Shown: positions 29,754 through 40,649 of the stretch, one piece after another
Layout: every line of letters starts with the position of its first letter
How positions within the stretch are numbered: the stretch's first letter is position 1
Source: an uncultured Lentisphaera sp.
GTDB taxonomy: Bacteria; Verrucomicrobiota; Lentisphaeria; Victivallales; GWF2-50-93
Assembly: GCA_964426675.1 (NCBI GenBank)
Contig: CAYRRM010000002.1
Coordinates: forward strand, 22,671-86,670
DNA: 64,000 bases
Direction: 5' to 3'
Position numbers and translations under genes: made by a program
Notes under the pieces: generated by a model
Told to the model about the DNA's origin: nothing
What the model saw: the letters and a program-made list of their open reading frames with translations, nothing else
The model's database searches: none

Positions 29754-31685
29754 TTAATTTTCATCGTCAATTACTTCTGCGTCAACGACTTTTTCATCGC
29801 TTTTTGTGTTTTGTTTATTTTTTTCTTCTTTTTTTTCCTTGTTTGAGTTTGTGAAAGAAGACGGGTCTGGAGTTTTCCCTGCGCCTCCTGCATTTTTATA
29901 TATTTCTTCTCCCATTTTTTGGAGAAGTGATTCGAGTTCACCGAGGGCTTTTTTCATTTCATCGGTATCGTCTTTATCTTTTGCTTTCTTTAGTTGTTCT
30001 ATCTTATCTTTTATTGGTTTTTTGACATTTTCTGGCAATTTATCTTCAAATTCCTTCATTTGTTTTTCGGTCTGATAAATTGTAGAGTCTGTTCTATTTC
30101 TGAGTTCAACTTTTTCTTTTTCAAGTTTATCTTGTTGAGAGTATTTTTCAGCTTCTTTTACCATTTTTTCAATATCTTCTTGACTCAGACCTGAACTTGC
30201 GGTTATCGTTATTTTTTGTTCTTTTCCTGTTCCGAGATCTTTTGCTGTTACGTGTAGTATCCCATTTGCATCTATGTCAAAAGTTACTTCTATTTGAGGA
30301 ACACCTCTTGGGGCTGGTGGTATTCCATCAAGTCTGAATCGGCCAATACTTTTATTATCTTTTGCCATTGGCCTTTCTCCCTGCAATACATGTATATCAA
30401 CAGAAGGTTGATTATCGGAAGCCGTGCTAAAAATTTCACTCTTTCTTGTTGGAATAGTAGTATTTCTTTCTATAAGTCTGGTCATCACACCTCCAAGGGT
30501 TTCAATTCCTAAAGAAAGCGGTGTGACATCGAGTAAAACGACATCTTGAACCTGTCCTCCAAGTACTCCTCCTTGAATAGCTGCTCCGATAGCGACAACT
30601 TCATCCGGATTAACGCCCTTATGAGGTTCTTTACCAAAGAATTTCTTTGCAGTTTCAATAACCCTAGGCATTCTGGTTTGTCCTCCGACAAGTATAACTT
30701 CTTTAATATCTGAAGTTTTTAAGCCGGAATCTTTCATACAATTTTCAACAGGCTTTATTGTTTTTTCAACCAGGTGGTCAACAAGTTCTTCAAGTTTTGC
30801 TCTCGTAAGTGTCATTGTAAGATGTTTAGGCCCAGAAGCATCTGCTGTAATAAAAGGAAGGTTTATCTCTGTTGTCATGTTCGTAGAGAGTTCGCATTTT
30901 GCTTTTTCAGCAGCTTCTTTTAACCTTTGAAGAGCTTGAGGATCTTTTGTTAAATCTATCCCATTTTCTTTCTTGAATTCGGCAACAATCCAGTTTATTA
31001 TAGCTTGATCAAAATCATCTCCTCCAAGGTGAGTATCTCCATTCGTTGCTTTAACTTCAAAAACACCATCACCAATTTCAAGAATGGATATATCGAATGT
31101 TCCACCGCCAAGGTCATAAACAGCTACGGCTTCATCTTTTTTCTTATCGAGGCCGTACGCAAGAGCAGCGGCAGTAGGTTCATTTATAATTCTTTTTACA
31201 TCGAGTCCTGCTATCTTTCCAGCGTCTTTTGTTGCCTGTCTTTGACTGTCATTAAAATAAGCAGGAACAGTGATTACAGCTTCTTTTATTTCTTCTCCTA
31301 AGTAGGCTTCAGCATCCGATTTAAGTTTTTGTAGTATCATTGCGGAAATTTCAGGCGGAGAATAAATTTTATCACCAATTTTTACATGAGCATCGCCATT
31401 TTTAGCTTCGACAACTTCATACGGAACTAATTCCAATTCTCTTTTTACTTCACTATATTTTCTACCCATAAAGCGTTTTATCGAAAAGATGGTGTTTTTA
31501 GGATTTGTAACAGCCTGGCGTTTTGCTGTCTGTCCCACTAATCTTTCACCACTTTTTGTAAAAGCCACAACAGAAGGAGTAGTTCTCATTCCTTCTCTAT
31601 TAGGAATAACTTTTATTTCACCATGATCCATTACAGCCATACAGTTGTTGGTTGTCCCCAAATCTATTCCAAGAATTTTACCCAT
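29754..31685 (-). CDS. dnaK: molecular chaperone DnaK
   Basis: [18 protein letters not shown]..., DLGGGTFD. The conserved N-terminus starts at the ATG at 31685, preceded by GGAG (track ORF extends to 31736). Confidence 0.97.
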   Translation of the reverse strand: MGKILGIDLGTTNNCMAVMDHGEIKVIPNREGMRTTPSVVAFTKSGERLVGQTAKRQAVTNPKNTIFSIKRFMGRKYSEVKRELELVPYEVVEAKNGDAHVKIGDKIYSPPEISAMILQKLKSDAEAYLGEEIKEAVITVPAYFNDSQRQATKDAGKIAGLDVKRIINEPTAAALAYGLDKKKDEAVAVYDLGGGTFDISILEIGDGVFEVKATNGDTHLGGDDFDQAIINWIVAEFKKENGIDLTKDPQALQRLKEAAEKAKCELSTNMTTEINLPFITADASGPKHLTMTLTRAKLEELVDHLVEKTIKPVENCMKDSGLKTSDIKEVILVGGQTRMPRVIETAKKFFGKEPHKGVNPDEVVAIGAAIQGGVLGGQVQDVVLLDVTPLSLGIETLGGVMTRLIERNTTIPTRKSEIFSTASDNQPSVDIHVLQGERPMAKDNKSIGRFRLDGIPPAPRGVPQIEVTFDIDANGILHVTAKDLGTGKEQKITITASSGLSQEDIEKMVKEAEKYSQQDKLEKEKVELRNRTDSTIYQTEKQMKEFEDKLPENVKKPIKDKIEQLKKAKDKDDTDEMKKALGELESLLQKMGEEIYKNAGGAGKTPDPSSFTNSNKEKKEEKNKQNTKSDEKVVDAEVIDDEN

Positions 31686-31832
31686 AATCTTACTCCATTT
31701 TTTTTTGCCTAACTTCATTAGCAATAAATATGCCATATATTTTTAAAAAATTATAACATATTAAAGATAAATGAATTATAAATAAATGAATAAGAAAAAG
31801 GTAAATCAATATTCAGGTTTTTTGCTAAAACC

Positions 31833-31862
31833 TGTCTCACATATGAGACACTATGACACTAT
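31833..31862. promoter_or_regulatory. candidate operator upstream of dnaK: TGTCTCA-N4-TGAGACA inverted repeat, overlapping a tandem GACACTAT GACACTAT
   Basis: Read directly from the sequence, about 150-175 nt upstream of the dnaK ATG. No CIRCE consensus is present. Confidence 0.35.
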
Positions 31863-32093
31863 TTCACTTAATTCTCCTATTTCTTAGGATAAAATTCGTT
31901 TATTTATGTTTGTATATGAGTGTCACAGGATAATAGGTAGAGTTTCTTGTGCATTAAACATATACAAACAGTTAGAAATGCCAGGTCTCATTGAATTTGG
32001 AACTAAGCACAGGGGGAAAGCAATGAGGAGGTAGATTTATCGCAAAACGCGATATAATTAGGAATTTTTCAATAAATTACAGGGGGCACTGTT

Positions 32094-33134
32094 TTACCTT
32101 GCTTGCGACACAGAGGCTCTTTCTATTAACTTAGGTATCAACTTTAATTCGTGAATACTTTCAAAACCTTGTTGATTTTCTATTTTTGAGAATATTGTCT
32201 CAACAGCATTTTTACCGAGTGCTGCTCCATCTATTGCTACGGTAGTTAACGGAGGGTCTATCATTTCACCAAAAGAAATATTATCAAAACCAACAATTGA
32301 GATATCATCCGGCACTTTTACACCCATATTTTTAAGGGTTTTTATAAGATTAATAGCAATCATATCGTCGTATGCGAAAATCGCAGTCGGAGAATACGGA
32401 GAGTTAAAAATTCCTTCTATCATCTCAATATACTGATCTGAATCCCTATCTTCAGTGCATAAATTAACAACCTTACTTTCTAAAGAGGCGTTTTCCATAC
32501 TCATCTTGTATGCCGTAAATCTGACCTGTACTGTTAATTCTGGTTCTTCCGGACATAAATAGACGATTTTTTTATGTCCTTTTGATATTAAGTATTCTGT
32601 CATCATTTGAACTCCTAAAGAATCGTCGAAACTTACAATATCACATTTAAGTCCAAAAATCTTCTTTAAGGAAACGAGAGGTTTTTGAGACGCCACTTTG
32701 TTTAACATTTGTACAGTTTTTCTATGTTCACAAGGGGTGATTATTATCCCATCAACTTGTCCGGATTTCATTCGTGTGAGAATTTTCTCCTGATTTTCAA
32801 TGTTATTATCGACCAGAGATAATAAGGCAGAATATCCTTTTGATATTGTATACTTTTCTATTTCTGTTACCATTTCACATAAAAATGGATTTCTTAAATC
32901 TGGCACAATTATTCCTATGCACTCTGTTTTTCCTTTTACTAACCTTCTGGCACTCATATCTGGATAATATCCCATTCTTTTGGCTGCTTCAAGAATGCGT
33001 TGACGTGTTTCAGGATTTATATCTTTACGATTATCATTGAAGGCCCTGGACACCGTGCCTCGTGAGATTCCAAGGGCCGTTGCTACATCATTGATAGAAA
33101 TTTTCTTCTTTAATCTTTGCTTTTTTTTTAACAT
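32094..33134 (-). CDS. LacI family transcriptional regulator
   Basis: ISINDVATALGISRGTVSRAFN HTH plus a PBP1 sugar-binding domain. 346 aa. Confidence 0.9.
   Translation of the reverse strand: MLKKKQRLKKKISINDVATALGISRGTVSRAFNDNRKDINPETRQRILEAAKRMGYYPDMSARRLVKGKTECIGIIVPDLRNPFLCEMVTEIEKYTISKGYSALLSLVDNNIENQEKILTRMKSGQVDGIIITPCEHRKTVQMLNKVASQKPLVSLKKIFGLKCDIVSFDDSLGVQMMTEYLISKGHKKIVYLCPEEPELTVQVRFTAYKMSMENASLESKVVNLCTEDRDSDQYIEMIEGIFNSPYSPTAIFAYDDMIAINLIKTLKNMGVKVPDDISIVGFDNISFGEMIDPPLTTVAIDGAALGKNAVETIFSKIENQQGFESIHELKLIPKLIERASVSQAR
32373..32385. repeat. iterated palindrome copy TGCGAAAATCGCA
   Basis: Inside the LacI-family gene; the coding strand reads A-I-F-A. Confidence 0.9.
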
Positions 33135-33471
33135 ATAACTCGTGAGTGCTTTTCATTAGTTATTATAAGGCAAGAAAAATGAAATTCAAGTTTTTTTCTT
33201 AATCTTCCGTGAACGATAATTATTAGCCCTTTAATTTAGAAATTATTTTAAATCTTATTAATTTTGTAGTTCTATCGATAAAAGGAAGCAAATATTTCAT
33301 TCAATCATTTAATAAAAGTATTTGGATGCCTCAGGTAATATGGAGTACATTTTCCAAAAAAAATTGGAAAATAGCCTGCCAAATCTATTGCTGTTATACC
33401 TTTTAACTAAAGATTTCTCAGGATATTTTTTAAGGTTCAATGGAAAATTTAGGTAAAAAACAAAAAAAAAC

Positions 33472-33505
33472 TTGAAATTGATGTCGATATCAATTATAAT
33501 ATCGA
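33472..33505 (+). promoter_or_regulatory. sigma70-like promoter TTGAAA-N17-TATAAT with an overlapping inverted repeat TCGATAT-N8-ATATCGA (candidate LacI-type operator)
   Basis: -35 at 33472-33477 and -10 at 33495-33500. Inverted repeat arms at 33484-33490 and 33499-33505. Sits 25-30 nt upstream of the regulator ATG at 33530. Confidence 0.45.
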
Positions 33506-33529
33506 TATTAAAATTATTTGAGGTCTGTT

Positions 33530-34495
33530 ATGACATTAAAAGATGTTGCTGAGGATGCTGGTGTTGCTTTAAACACTGCGCGAAAAGCATTGCAAGGTGA
33601 TTCCAGTGTCAGACACTACATAAGAGATCGTGTTATAAGATCTGCGAAAAAGCTTTCTTACACGCCAAACATATTGGCGCGAGGTTTACGCGTAAAGAGC
33701 TTGAATCTTGTTCCAATATCTGTGATAAAGATGAATGAGGCTTATTTTGGCTCTCTCGCTATTAACATTTCGGATTGTCTTGTTTCTGCCGGGTTCGAGC
33801 CACTTCTCTGCACTCAGCCCTCTCGTTTGATTGAGATAAACAAAACACTACACTCTTGTGCGTGCATATTTTGTTATGCGGTTGATGAAACGATGGTAAG
33901 GTCTTTGGCAAACTCTCAGAAGGTTGTTACAATCAATGCTCCGGAATATTCAATTCACAATGCAGGTAATGTGATATGTGACTTTGACTCGGGTTACATT
34001 GATGCAACTAATTACGTTATTTCTACAGGCAGGACGAGAGTGGCCATTTTATCTGATTACTATACGGAATGTGTGGAATTGGGCAAGCCGCTTTTGAAAT
34101 TCGGAAAAGTTCCGGAAACGCTTGCTGACTCTGGTTTAAAACTTGTTTCGCCTCGGAACGTGCCATCGTTTAGAAACGAGGCCGAGCTCGCTGATTTTCT
34201 GTCAAGGTCAAGAAAAAATAAAGTGGACGCTGTTTTTTGCGAGAACGATGTCATCGCTGCAAAGCTATATTCTATTCTTGCATCGATGGGATATCGCATT
34301 CCGGAAGATGTTTTAATAATTGGTTGTGATGCGAATATTCCTTTGGAAGGATGCCTCAGCATGAAAATTGACTGTGCTGATATAGCCAAAAAGGCGGTTT
34401 CAGTTCTTAGGAAACTTTTCGAGGGAGAGGGAAAATCCATTATTGAACTTTCAATACCATATCTAGTTAATTCAAAAGGCAAAAGAATAATATAG
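33530..34495 (+). CDS. LacI family transcriptional regulator
   Basis: [26 protein letters not shown] plus a PBP1-like domain. The ATG at 33530 is preferred over the track's TTG at 33518. Visibly GC-richer than its neighbours. Confidence 0.8.
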   Translation: MTLKDVAEDAGVALNTARKALQGDSSVRHYIRDRVIRSAKKLSYTPNILARGLRVKSLNLVPISVIKMNEAYFGSLAINISDCLVSAGFEPLLCTQPSRLIEINKTLHSCACIFCYAVDETMVRSLANSQKVVTINAPEYSIHNAGNVICDFDSGYIDATNYVISTGRTRVAILSDYYTECVELGKPLLKFGKVPETLADSGLKLVSPRNVPSFRNEAELADFLSRSRKNKVDAVFCENDVIAAKLYSILASMGYRIPEDVLIIGCDANIPLEGCLSMKIDCADIAKKAVSVLRKLFEGEGKSIIELSIPYLVNSKGKRII

Positions 34496-34505
34496 GAGGT
34501 GGAAA

Positions 34506-35198
34506 ATGGTGAGAGAAAAAATGAGTAGTAAGTTCACTTTGATTGAATTGTTGGTTGTGATTGCGATAATTGCGATTCTCGCAGCGTTGTTACTGCCATC
34601 GCTCAAGAGCGCGAAGGACACAGCGAAGATGTCGCTATGCAAGAGCAACATGAAACAATTGTATTATGGATTTCAAAACTATGCCGACGACTGGAGTGGA
34701 TACATGCCCTACCTCGGAGAGGGTGCATCGTCTCGCTGGAATCAAAACCATGTCTCCAGAATCGCCGAATATTGGAGGAAAGGGAATCTCGTCCCATCGG
34801 CATCAAGCGTTGAATTTTGTCCCTCTTACACAAAATGGAAAGGGGATTACGCCTACAACAGAGGAGCAATAGCATGTAACCAGCAATTGGGCTCCACCCA
34901 GTTCTACGCAACTGTCAGAAGTTGGTATAAGATTGCCAGGCCGAGCCTAACCGTCGCCTTTCTCGACGGCCTCATCGAGCGCAGTTGTACATACTTCGGT
35001 CAGTTGCCGGGAATAACAGGACTCGATTGGAATACCAGCGAGAATGCAATGAACAGCAACTACAACTACGAGAAACGGCATTTCAGGGGGACGAACATCA
35101 TCTTTGCCGATGGCCATGCGTCCTATGCCAAGGAACTCAAGCCGATGAATCTATCCAAGGAACTAACCGTCCTCCACGATGCCAGCGATATCAATTGA
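34506..35198 (+). CDS. prepilin-type N-terminal cleavage/methylation domain protein, DUF1559 / H-X9-DG family
   Basis: [43 protein letters not shown]. Exact H-X9-DG ([12 protein letters not shown]). GGAGGTGG RBS. GC-rich. Confidence 0.85.
   Translation: MVREKMSSKFTLIELLVVIAIIAILAALLLPSLKSAKDTAKMSLCKSNMKQLYYGFQNYADDWSGYMPYLGEGASSRWNQNHVSRIAEYWRKGNLVPSASSVEFCPSYTKWKGDYAYNRGAIACNQQLGSTQFYATVRSWYKIARPSLTVAFLDGLIERSCTYFGQLPGITGLDWNTSENAMNSNYNYEKRHFRGTNIIFADGHASYAKELKPMNLSKELTVLHDASDIN
34571..34583. repeat. palindrome-pattern match TGCGATTCTCGCA (possibly coincidental)
   Basis: Encodes A-I-L-A of the conserved pilin helix. The spacer TTC is atypical. Confidence 0.5.
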
Positions 35199-35634
35199 AT
35201 AGTTTACGAATCCGGCTAATGGCCGGTTTCGCCGAAACCGCTGCGGACGGCTCGGAGAGCCATCCCTACCAGAGAATGTAAACAATATGATGACCTCATT
35301 AGTAACTGATGAGCCTGCTGCAATTTCTTACAAAGAGTAGGACAAGAAACGAAAAATTTAAGTCCTTCCCCTCTCATCCTACACATCAGACTCAGAAAAC
35401 GCAAAAATATGAATTAATACTGAATTGCTCATATCGTGTAAATAGGAATTAAGATGGAATTTCTTCAAATGAGAAAAAATAAAATTCTTCCCATTTCTGG
35501 GTAATAATGCCCCCAGCTACTCACTTACTTTGATTCCAATCCTGAGACACATCTCATAATTTTAAAAGTATTTTTGAATATATATTTACTGATGATAGAT
35601 TATAGCATTTTGAACTTATCATGGAAAGCGATTA

Positions 35635-36930
35635 ATGAAGATTTTAGATACAAAAAATAAAAACGATTTGAACAGCCTTTTTGCTCTTTTTAATAGAGAC
35701 GCTTATCCAAAGCAAATAGAAAAAGAGCTTTCTCTGATTCTTGAGGAAGTAGCGCAAAAAGGGGATAAAGCAGTTGCGAAGTTCGCAAGGAAATTCGATG
35801 GTATAGAATTACAAAAGGATATGTTCAGGATAAAGGAAGATGAATTTAAAGAAGCGGAAAAAAATCTTAATGATGAAGTGAAAAAAAGCATACTGTTTGC
35901 AATTAATAATATTCAAGATTTTGCGAAGAGACAAATTCCTAAAAGTTATAGATTTTCTCCGCGGAAAGGTGTTATTTTAGGGGAAAAATTCACACCTCTC
36001 AACAGAGTTGCTGTTTATATTCCCGGAGGGACGGCACCTCTTGTTTCTACCGCAATACACACTATCGCTATTGCAAAAATTGCAGGTGTTAAAGAAATAG
36101 TAGCTACAACACCCCCAGGAGAGAAAGGAAAGATTCCAGATGCCATACTTTTTGCAATGAAAAATGCTGGAATAACTGAGGCTTACAGACTTGGCGGAGT
36201 ATATGGAATTGCTGCTTTAGCTTACGGCACTGAAAGTATTAAAAAAGTTGAAAAGATTGTTGGCCCCGGTAATGCATATGTGACCGCGGCAAAGAAAATG
36301 ATTTATGGAAAAACCGGGATAGACATGGTCGCAGGCCCCTCCGAAATTATGATAATCGCTGATTCTTCCGCAAAATCAAAATTCATTGCTGCGGATTTAT
36401 TATCTCAGGCTGAACATGGAAGCGGATTTGAACAATCTGTCCTGCTTACAAATGATAAAAAACTCATCGAGAAAACTGCTCACGAAATAGAAAAATTGTC
36501 AAATGATATAATAAAAAAGTCAAAACCTTTAAAAAAAGTAATTGAAAACGGATTATTTCTCGTTTTAGTTAGAAATTTAGAAGAAGCTGCGAAAATCGCG
36601 TCTGAATATGCACCAGAACACCTTGAAATATTATGCGAAAATCCAGAACGAGTTGCAAATAAAATTTCAGCTGCTGGGGCAATTTTTATAGGATGTTGGA
36701 CACCTGAGGCTGTAGGTGACTATGTAGCAGGTCCGAGTCATGTATTGCCAACGGGAGGAACAGCAAAATTTTTTAATGGTTTGTCTACTGAACATTTTTT
36801 TCGCAGAAGCAGCATAATAAAATATTCAAAGGATGCCCTTAAGAAAGAGTCGAATGCTATCATGAAAATAGCTGAATTAGAAGGACTTGACGCTCATAAG
36901 TTAAGTGTAAAGCTAAGAGTTGAAAGTTAA
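35635..36930 (+). CDS. hisD: histidinol dehydrogenase
   Basis: 431 aa. GGVYGIAALAYGTESI, VGPGNAYVTAAKK, SQAEHG motifs. Confidence 0.92.
   Translation: MKILDTKNKNDLNSLFALFNRDAYPKQIEKELSLILEEVAQKGDKAVAKFARKFDGIELQKDMFRIKEDEFKEAEKNLNDEVKKSILFAINNIQDFAKRQIPKSYRFSPRKGVILGEKFTPLNRVAVYIPGGTAPLVSTAIHTIAIAKIAGVKEIVATTPPGEKGKIPDAILFAMKNAGITEAYRLGGVYGIAALAYGTESIKKVEKIVGPGNAYVTAAKKMIYGKTGIDMVAGPSEIMIIADSSAKSKFIAADLLSQAEHGSGFEQSVLLTNDKKLIEKTAHEIEKLSNDIIKKSKPLKKVIENGLFLVLVRNLEEAAKIASEYAPEHLEILCENPERVANKISAAGAIFIGCWTPEAVGDYVAGPSHVLPTGGTAKFFNGLSTEHFFRRSSIIKYSKDALKKESNAIMKIAELEGLDAHKLSVKLRVES
35775..35787. repeat. iterated palindrome copy TGCGAAGTTCGCA
   Basis: Inside hisD, encoding A-K-F-A. Confidence 0.9.
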
Positions 36931-36935
36931 TAGAT

Positions 36936-38270
36936 ATGCCAAAATTATCTCCATCAATTCCATTGGATAAAGATTTCGTTGAGAATGAAGTCAATAATCT
37001 GCATATAAAGTCTCTTTCTACAGCAAGTATCAGGGAAATTGTAAAACTCGCTCACAATATTGAAAATAAAAGTGGGCTTAGATTTATCCATATGGAAATG
37101 GGCGTTCCTGGTTTACCACCGAATCCAATTGGAGTAAAAGCTCAGATAAAAGCCCTTAAAAAGGGAATTGCCGCGAAATATCCCCATATTGAGGGTATTC
37201 CTGAACTAAAAGAGGCTATTGCGAAATTCGCAAAATTATTTATGAATCTCGATATTTCCCCAGAACATTGTTATCCTACTGTAGGTTCAATGCAAGGAGG
37301 ATTTGCCGCCTTTATGACATTGTGTCGGAGAGAAGCTAACAGGAAGACTTTATTTATTGACCCGGGCTTTCCAGTTCAGAAACAGCAGCACAGAGTTTTG
37401 GGGTTGAAATATGAAAGCTTTGATATTTACGATTACAGGGGTGAAAAACTTGAAAATAAACTTAAATCATACCTGGAAAATGCAGATATTTCTACGATAG
37501 TTTATTCCTCTCCAAATAATCCATCCTGGATAGTTTTTACCGAAGATGAACTTAAAATTATAGGTAAACTTTGTCAGAAATACGATGTTGTCGCAGTTGA
37601 AGATTTTGCGTACTTTGCAATGGACTTTAGAAAAGACTACTCAAAACCAGGTCATTTCCACCCAAGCATCTCAAAATATACTGACAATTACTTGATTCTT
37701 CTTTCAAGTTCAAAAGTTTTCAGTTATGCAGGGGAGAGAATATCGGCAATGATAATATCACCTGCTCTTGCTTCGAGGAATTTTCCAGAACTTATCAAAT
37801 TTTTTGGAACAGAAAATTTAGAACATGCTCTAATATATGGGGCTCTTTATACTCTTTCCTCAGGCACAAGCCATTCTGCTCAATATGCACTAAGTGCCAT
37901 GCTCGAATCAGCTAACAAAGGCGAAGATTTTATTACTCCAGTCAAAGAATATGGAAGGCGGGCAAAAAAAATGAAGGAAATTTTTCTTAGAAATTCCTTT
38001 AAGCTTGTTTATGATAATGATGCCGGTGAAGAATTGGCTGATGGGTTTTATTTTACCTTAGAATACCCCGGAATGAATAGTGAAGAACTCCTTCAGGAGT
38101 TACTTAGATACGGTATCAGTGCAATATCACTTAAAATCACGGGAAGTCAGAGCAACACTGGAATTAGAGCCTGTGTTTCAATGGTTGATGAAAAAAAAAT
38201 TGCTGACCTTGAAAAAAGGATTACACTCTTTTCTTCCCTGAACAAAAAAACTAACAATACAAGGAAATAA
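36936..38270 (+). CDS. pyridoxal-phosphate-dependent aminotransferase (class I/II)
   Basis: LSSSKVFSYAGERIS PLP-lysine motif. 444 aa. Confidence 0.8.
   Translation: MPKLSPSIPLDKDFVENEVNNLHIKSLSTASIREIVKLAHNIENKSGLRFIHMEMGVPGLPPNPIGVKAQIKALKKGIAAKYPHIEGIPELKEAIAKFAKLFMNLDISPEHCYPTVGSMQGGFAAFMTLCRREANRKTLFIDPGFPVQKQQHRVLGLKYESFDIYDYRGEKLENKLKSYLENADISTIVYSSPNNPSWIVFTEDELKIIGKLCQKYDVVAVEDFAYFAMDFRKDYSKPGHFHPSISKYTDNYLILLSSSKVFSYAGERISAMIISPALASRNFPELIKFFGTENLEHALIYGALYTLSSGTSHSAQYALSAMLESANKGEDFITPVKEYGRRAKKMKEIFLRNSFKLVYDNDAGEELADGFYFTLEYPGMNSEELLQELLRYGISAISLKITGSQSNTGIRACVSMVDEKKIADLEKRITLFSSLNKKTNNTRK
37220..37232. repeat. iterated palindrome copy TGCGAAATTCGCA
   Basis: Inside the aminotransferase gene, encoding A-K-F-A. 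Confidence 0.9.
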
Positions 38271-38273
38271 AAA

Positions 38274-39248
38274 CTACTTAGCGGATTCTTTTATCATATC
38301 CATTAATCTTGCAAAACGAAGTCCTACTTCAGCTGGACATGGATTATTTATCTTTCCTTCTCTGACTTTGAGGAATTGTTCCCAAACTCCTTTAGACTTT
38401 TCATATTTTACCTGTCGAAAATCACTATCCTTATCTTTTTTTATAAGTAATCTTTCACCCCAAATTCCTGTCATTATCACGCCTTTGTCACCGCATATTA
38501 TAACTTCTGAACTACAATGTACTGAATCTCCTGCTGCAAGCATAGAAATCATAATACCACTAACAGAAATCGCGGTTATGGATGAATTTATTTCGACAGG
38601 AGCTCCGCAATTATCAAAAATAGCGCTTACTTTTTTTATATCTTCTCCTAAAATATCAACTACAGTATTTAGCATATGTGAGCCGGTATCAAAAAGGAAA
38701 CCTCCTCCTGAAATTTCAGGATTTTGTCTCCACGTACCTTTTGTTCCACTTTTCCATTTTTGATATACGTATGCGGATATCGCTGAGACCCTTCCAATCT
38801 CTCCACGTCCGATAATTTCTTTTGCCTTTTTAATGGCTGGCGATAGACTTCCAGGAAAAGCAACAACAACAAGACGTTTAAGACGATCTCTCAATGAAAT
38901 AATCTTTTTTGCCTCAGACGTATTCATTACCATGGGTTTTTCAATGCAAACATCCATCCCTGCCTCCATACAATCTTTCGCATTTTCAAAATGATACTTA
39001 TGCGGAGAACAAATGAGCGCAGCATCAGCACTTCCCTGTGATTTTATAAAATCTGAAATATTTTCATAGAAAGGAGGACATTTTACTTTGTGCTCATTGA
39101 ATAATTCAACTGCTTTTTCTCTGGAAAATTGATTTGGTTCTATAAGGGCAACTATCTTTGTTGAATTTTTCATTTTCAGTAATATTGCATTAATATGATG
39201 GCGCGCAAAACCGCCAACTCCAACTATGATGCATCTTGTTTTTTTCAT
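38274..39248 (-). CDS. Gfo/Idh/MocA family oxidoreductase
   Basis: N-terminal Rossmann CIIVGVGGFARHH and a central EKPM motif. Confidence 0.85.
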   Translation of the reverse strand: MKKTRCIIVGVGGFARHHINAILLKMKNSTKIVALIEPNQFSREKAVELFNEHKVKCPPFYENISDFIKSQGSADAALICSPHKYHFENAKDCMEAGMDVCIEKPMVMNTSEAKKIISLRDRLKRLVVVAFPGSLSPAIKKAKEIIGRGEIGRVSAISAYVYQKWKSGTKGTWRQNPEISGGGFLFDTGSHMLNTVVDILGEDIKKVSAIFDNCGAPVEINSSITAISVSGIMISMLAAGDSVHCSSEVIICGDKGVIMTGIWGERLLIKKDKDSDFRQVKYEKSKGVWEQFLKVREGKINNPCPAEVGLRFARLMDMIKESAK

Positions 39249-39306
39249 ATTTTTTTTCCTCCATTTCTTTTTTGTATTTTTAAAAAAAAAGAGCTTGTAT
39301 AATACT

Positions 39307-40626
39307 CTAAATTAAATCAAGGAAAGCACCTTTTTCAATTAATTTTTTGCGAATTTCGCAACCATCAAGTAGATTTACCGGCTTACCTGTTTTTACTGAA
39401 GTAGCTGCAGCCATTCCCGCTGCTTGCCCAATTGAACATGCTGAAGGCATTACTCGGAAACTGCTATGGATTGCGTGATCTGCTGATATAGGTCTACCGC
39501 CTATCAAAAGATTATCACAGTCTTTTGGAACTATACAGCCATAAGGTATTTCGTACCATTCTGTTCTCGGCATATGTAATAATTCAGTACCAGTGCCATT
39601 AGGATTATGAATATCTATAGGATAATTTACTCTGCATATGGCGTCAGGGAATTTTTGTCTGTTTTTAAAAACATCAGATGTTATATAATTTAAGCCTTTT
39701 ATTCGACGAGTCTCGCGTACTCCAATATGATGAGCCATAGAAGATATTGATGCATTTTCAAAACCTGCCACATATTTCCTGAGGAACTTCACTAATTGTC
39801 TCACCTGTCTATGTCCTTCAAGTTCCGCTTCGGACAATTCAATCCCATTTATTCCATTTTTCTTTATAACTCTTGTCGAATTAAAATGAACTGTATTTTC
39901 ATCTATACACATGAAGAATAATACATCTTCTCGTGGACAAATAATTTCTCCGCTTTCTTTCGCTTTATTGTAAAGTTCAGTGATTTTTTCACGAGTTGGC
40001 ATTCTTTTTATGTCAACATTAGACATTTTAAAACATGTGGTCATTGGTTGACAATATCCAGACGGTCCACCTATTTCAAATTCGCAACCTGCTTTTGCTG
40101 CGAGGTCTCCATCTCCTGTACAATCTATATAATTTTTTGCCCGTGCTGCCGAATATCCTGATTTAGATAGCAAAACTATGAAGTCTATCTTTCTATCCTT
40201 CTTTTTTAAGTCAGCAAGCCAATGATGATAAATTATTTTTACTCCTGCCTCAAGGCAGATATCTTCAGCTGCTAAAGCTGCGATGTCTTTCTGAATCCTA
40301 AGGTCTTCTCGTGCTAACCCCTCTGATTTAAGTTTTTTAAATGGAGATGAATCAGGATAATATTCTTTCATTCTGCGTACCCAGTCAAAATAAACAGGTT
40401 TATCCATGGTATTGTCGGTAAAATGATTTGGCATAAAAGGTTGAACTTCGCCGATTGATGCCATTCCTCCCAGCACTCCATATCTTTCAATAAGAATGGT
40501 ATTTGCTCCTTCTCTTGCGCTCATTACTGCAGCCCCAATACCTCCTGGACCGCCTCCAATAACGATGACATCGGCCTCTGCAATAAGTGGTAAATCCACG
40601 TTAAATTCATAGTTCAATTTTTTCAT
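39307..40626 (-). CDS. FAD-dependent oxidoreductase
   Basis: DVIVIGGGPGGIGAA dinucleotide-binding motif. The ATG at 40626 follows AAGAGGTG; the track's GTG start at 40635 lies inside that RBS. Confidence 0.8.
   Translation of the reverse strand: MKKLNYEFNVDLPLIAEADVIVIGGGPGGIGAAVMSAREGANTILIERYGVLGGMASIGEVQPFMPNHFTDNTMDKPVYFDWVRRMKEYYPDSSPFKKLKSEGLAREDLRIQKDIAALAAEDICLEAGVKIIYHHWLADLKKKDRKIDFIVLLSKSGYSAARAKNYIDCTGDGDLAAKAGCEFEIGGPSGYCQPMTTCFKMSNVDIKRMPTREKITELYNKAKESGEIICPREDVLFFMCIDENTVHFNSTRVIKKNGINGIELSEAELEGHRQVRQLVKFLRKYVAGFENASISSMAHHIGVRETRRIKGLNYITSDVFKNRQKFPDAICRVNYPIDIHNPNGTGTELLHMPRTEWYEIPYGCIVPKDCDNLLIGGRPISADHAIHSSFRVMPSACSIGQAAGMAAATSVKTGKPVNLLDGCEIRKKLIEKGAFLDLI
39348..39360. 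repeat. iterated palindrome copy TGCGAATTTCGCA
   Basis: Inside the FAD oxidoreductase gene; the coding strand reads C-E-I-R-K. Confidence 0.9.
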
Positions 40627-40649
40627 TATAAACACCTCTTTTAATAATT

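Noticed and set aside
32038-32054. TATCGC-aaaac-GCGATA hairpin downstream of the LacI gene as a terminator
   Set aside because: No T tract follows on the relevant strand and the stem is short. Not called.
31686-32093. CIRCE or HAIR operator upstream of dnaK
   Set aside because: Neither TTAGCACTC-N9-GAGTGCTAA nor CTTGAGT-N7-ACTCAAG is present. A different repeat is reported instead.
35199-35634. Small ORFs and a GC-rich tail after the DUF1559 gene (for example 35216-35404)
   Set aside because: No RBS or recognisable domain. Probably non-coding remnant sequence of the acquired cassette.
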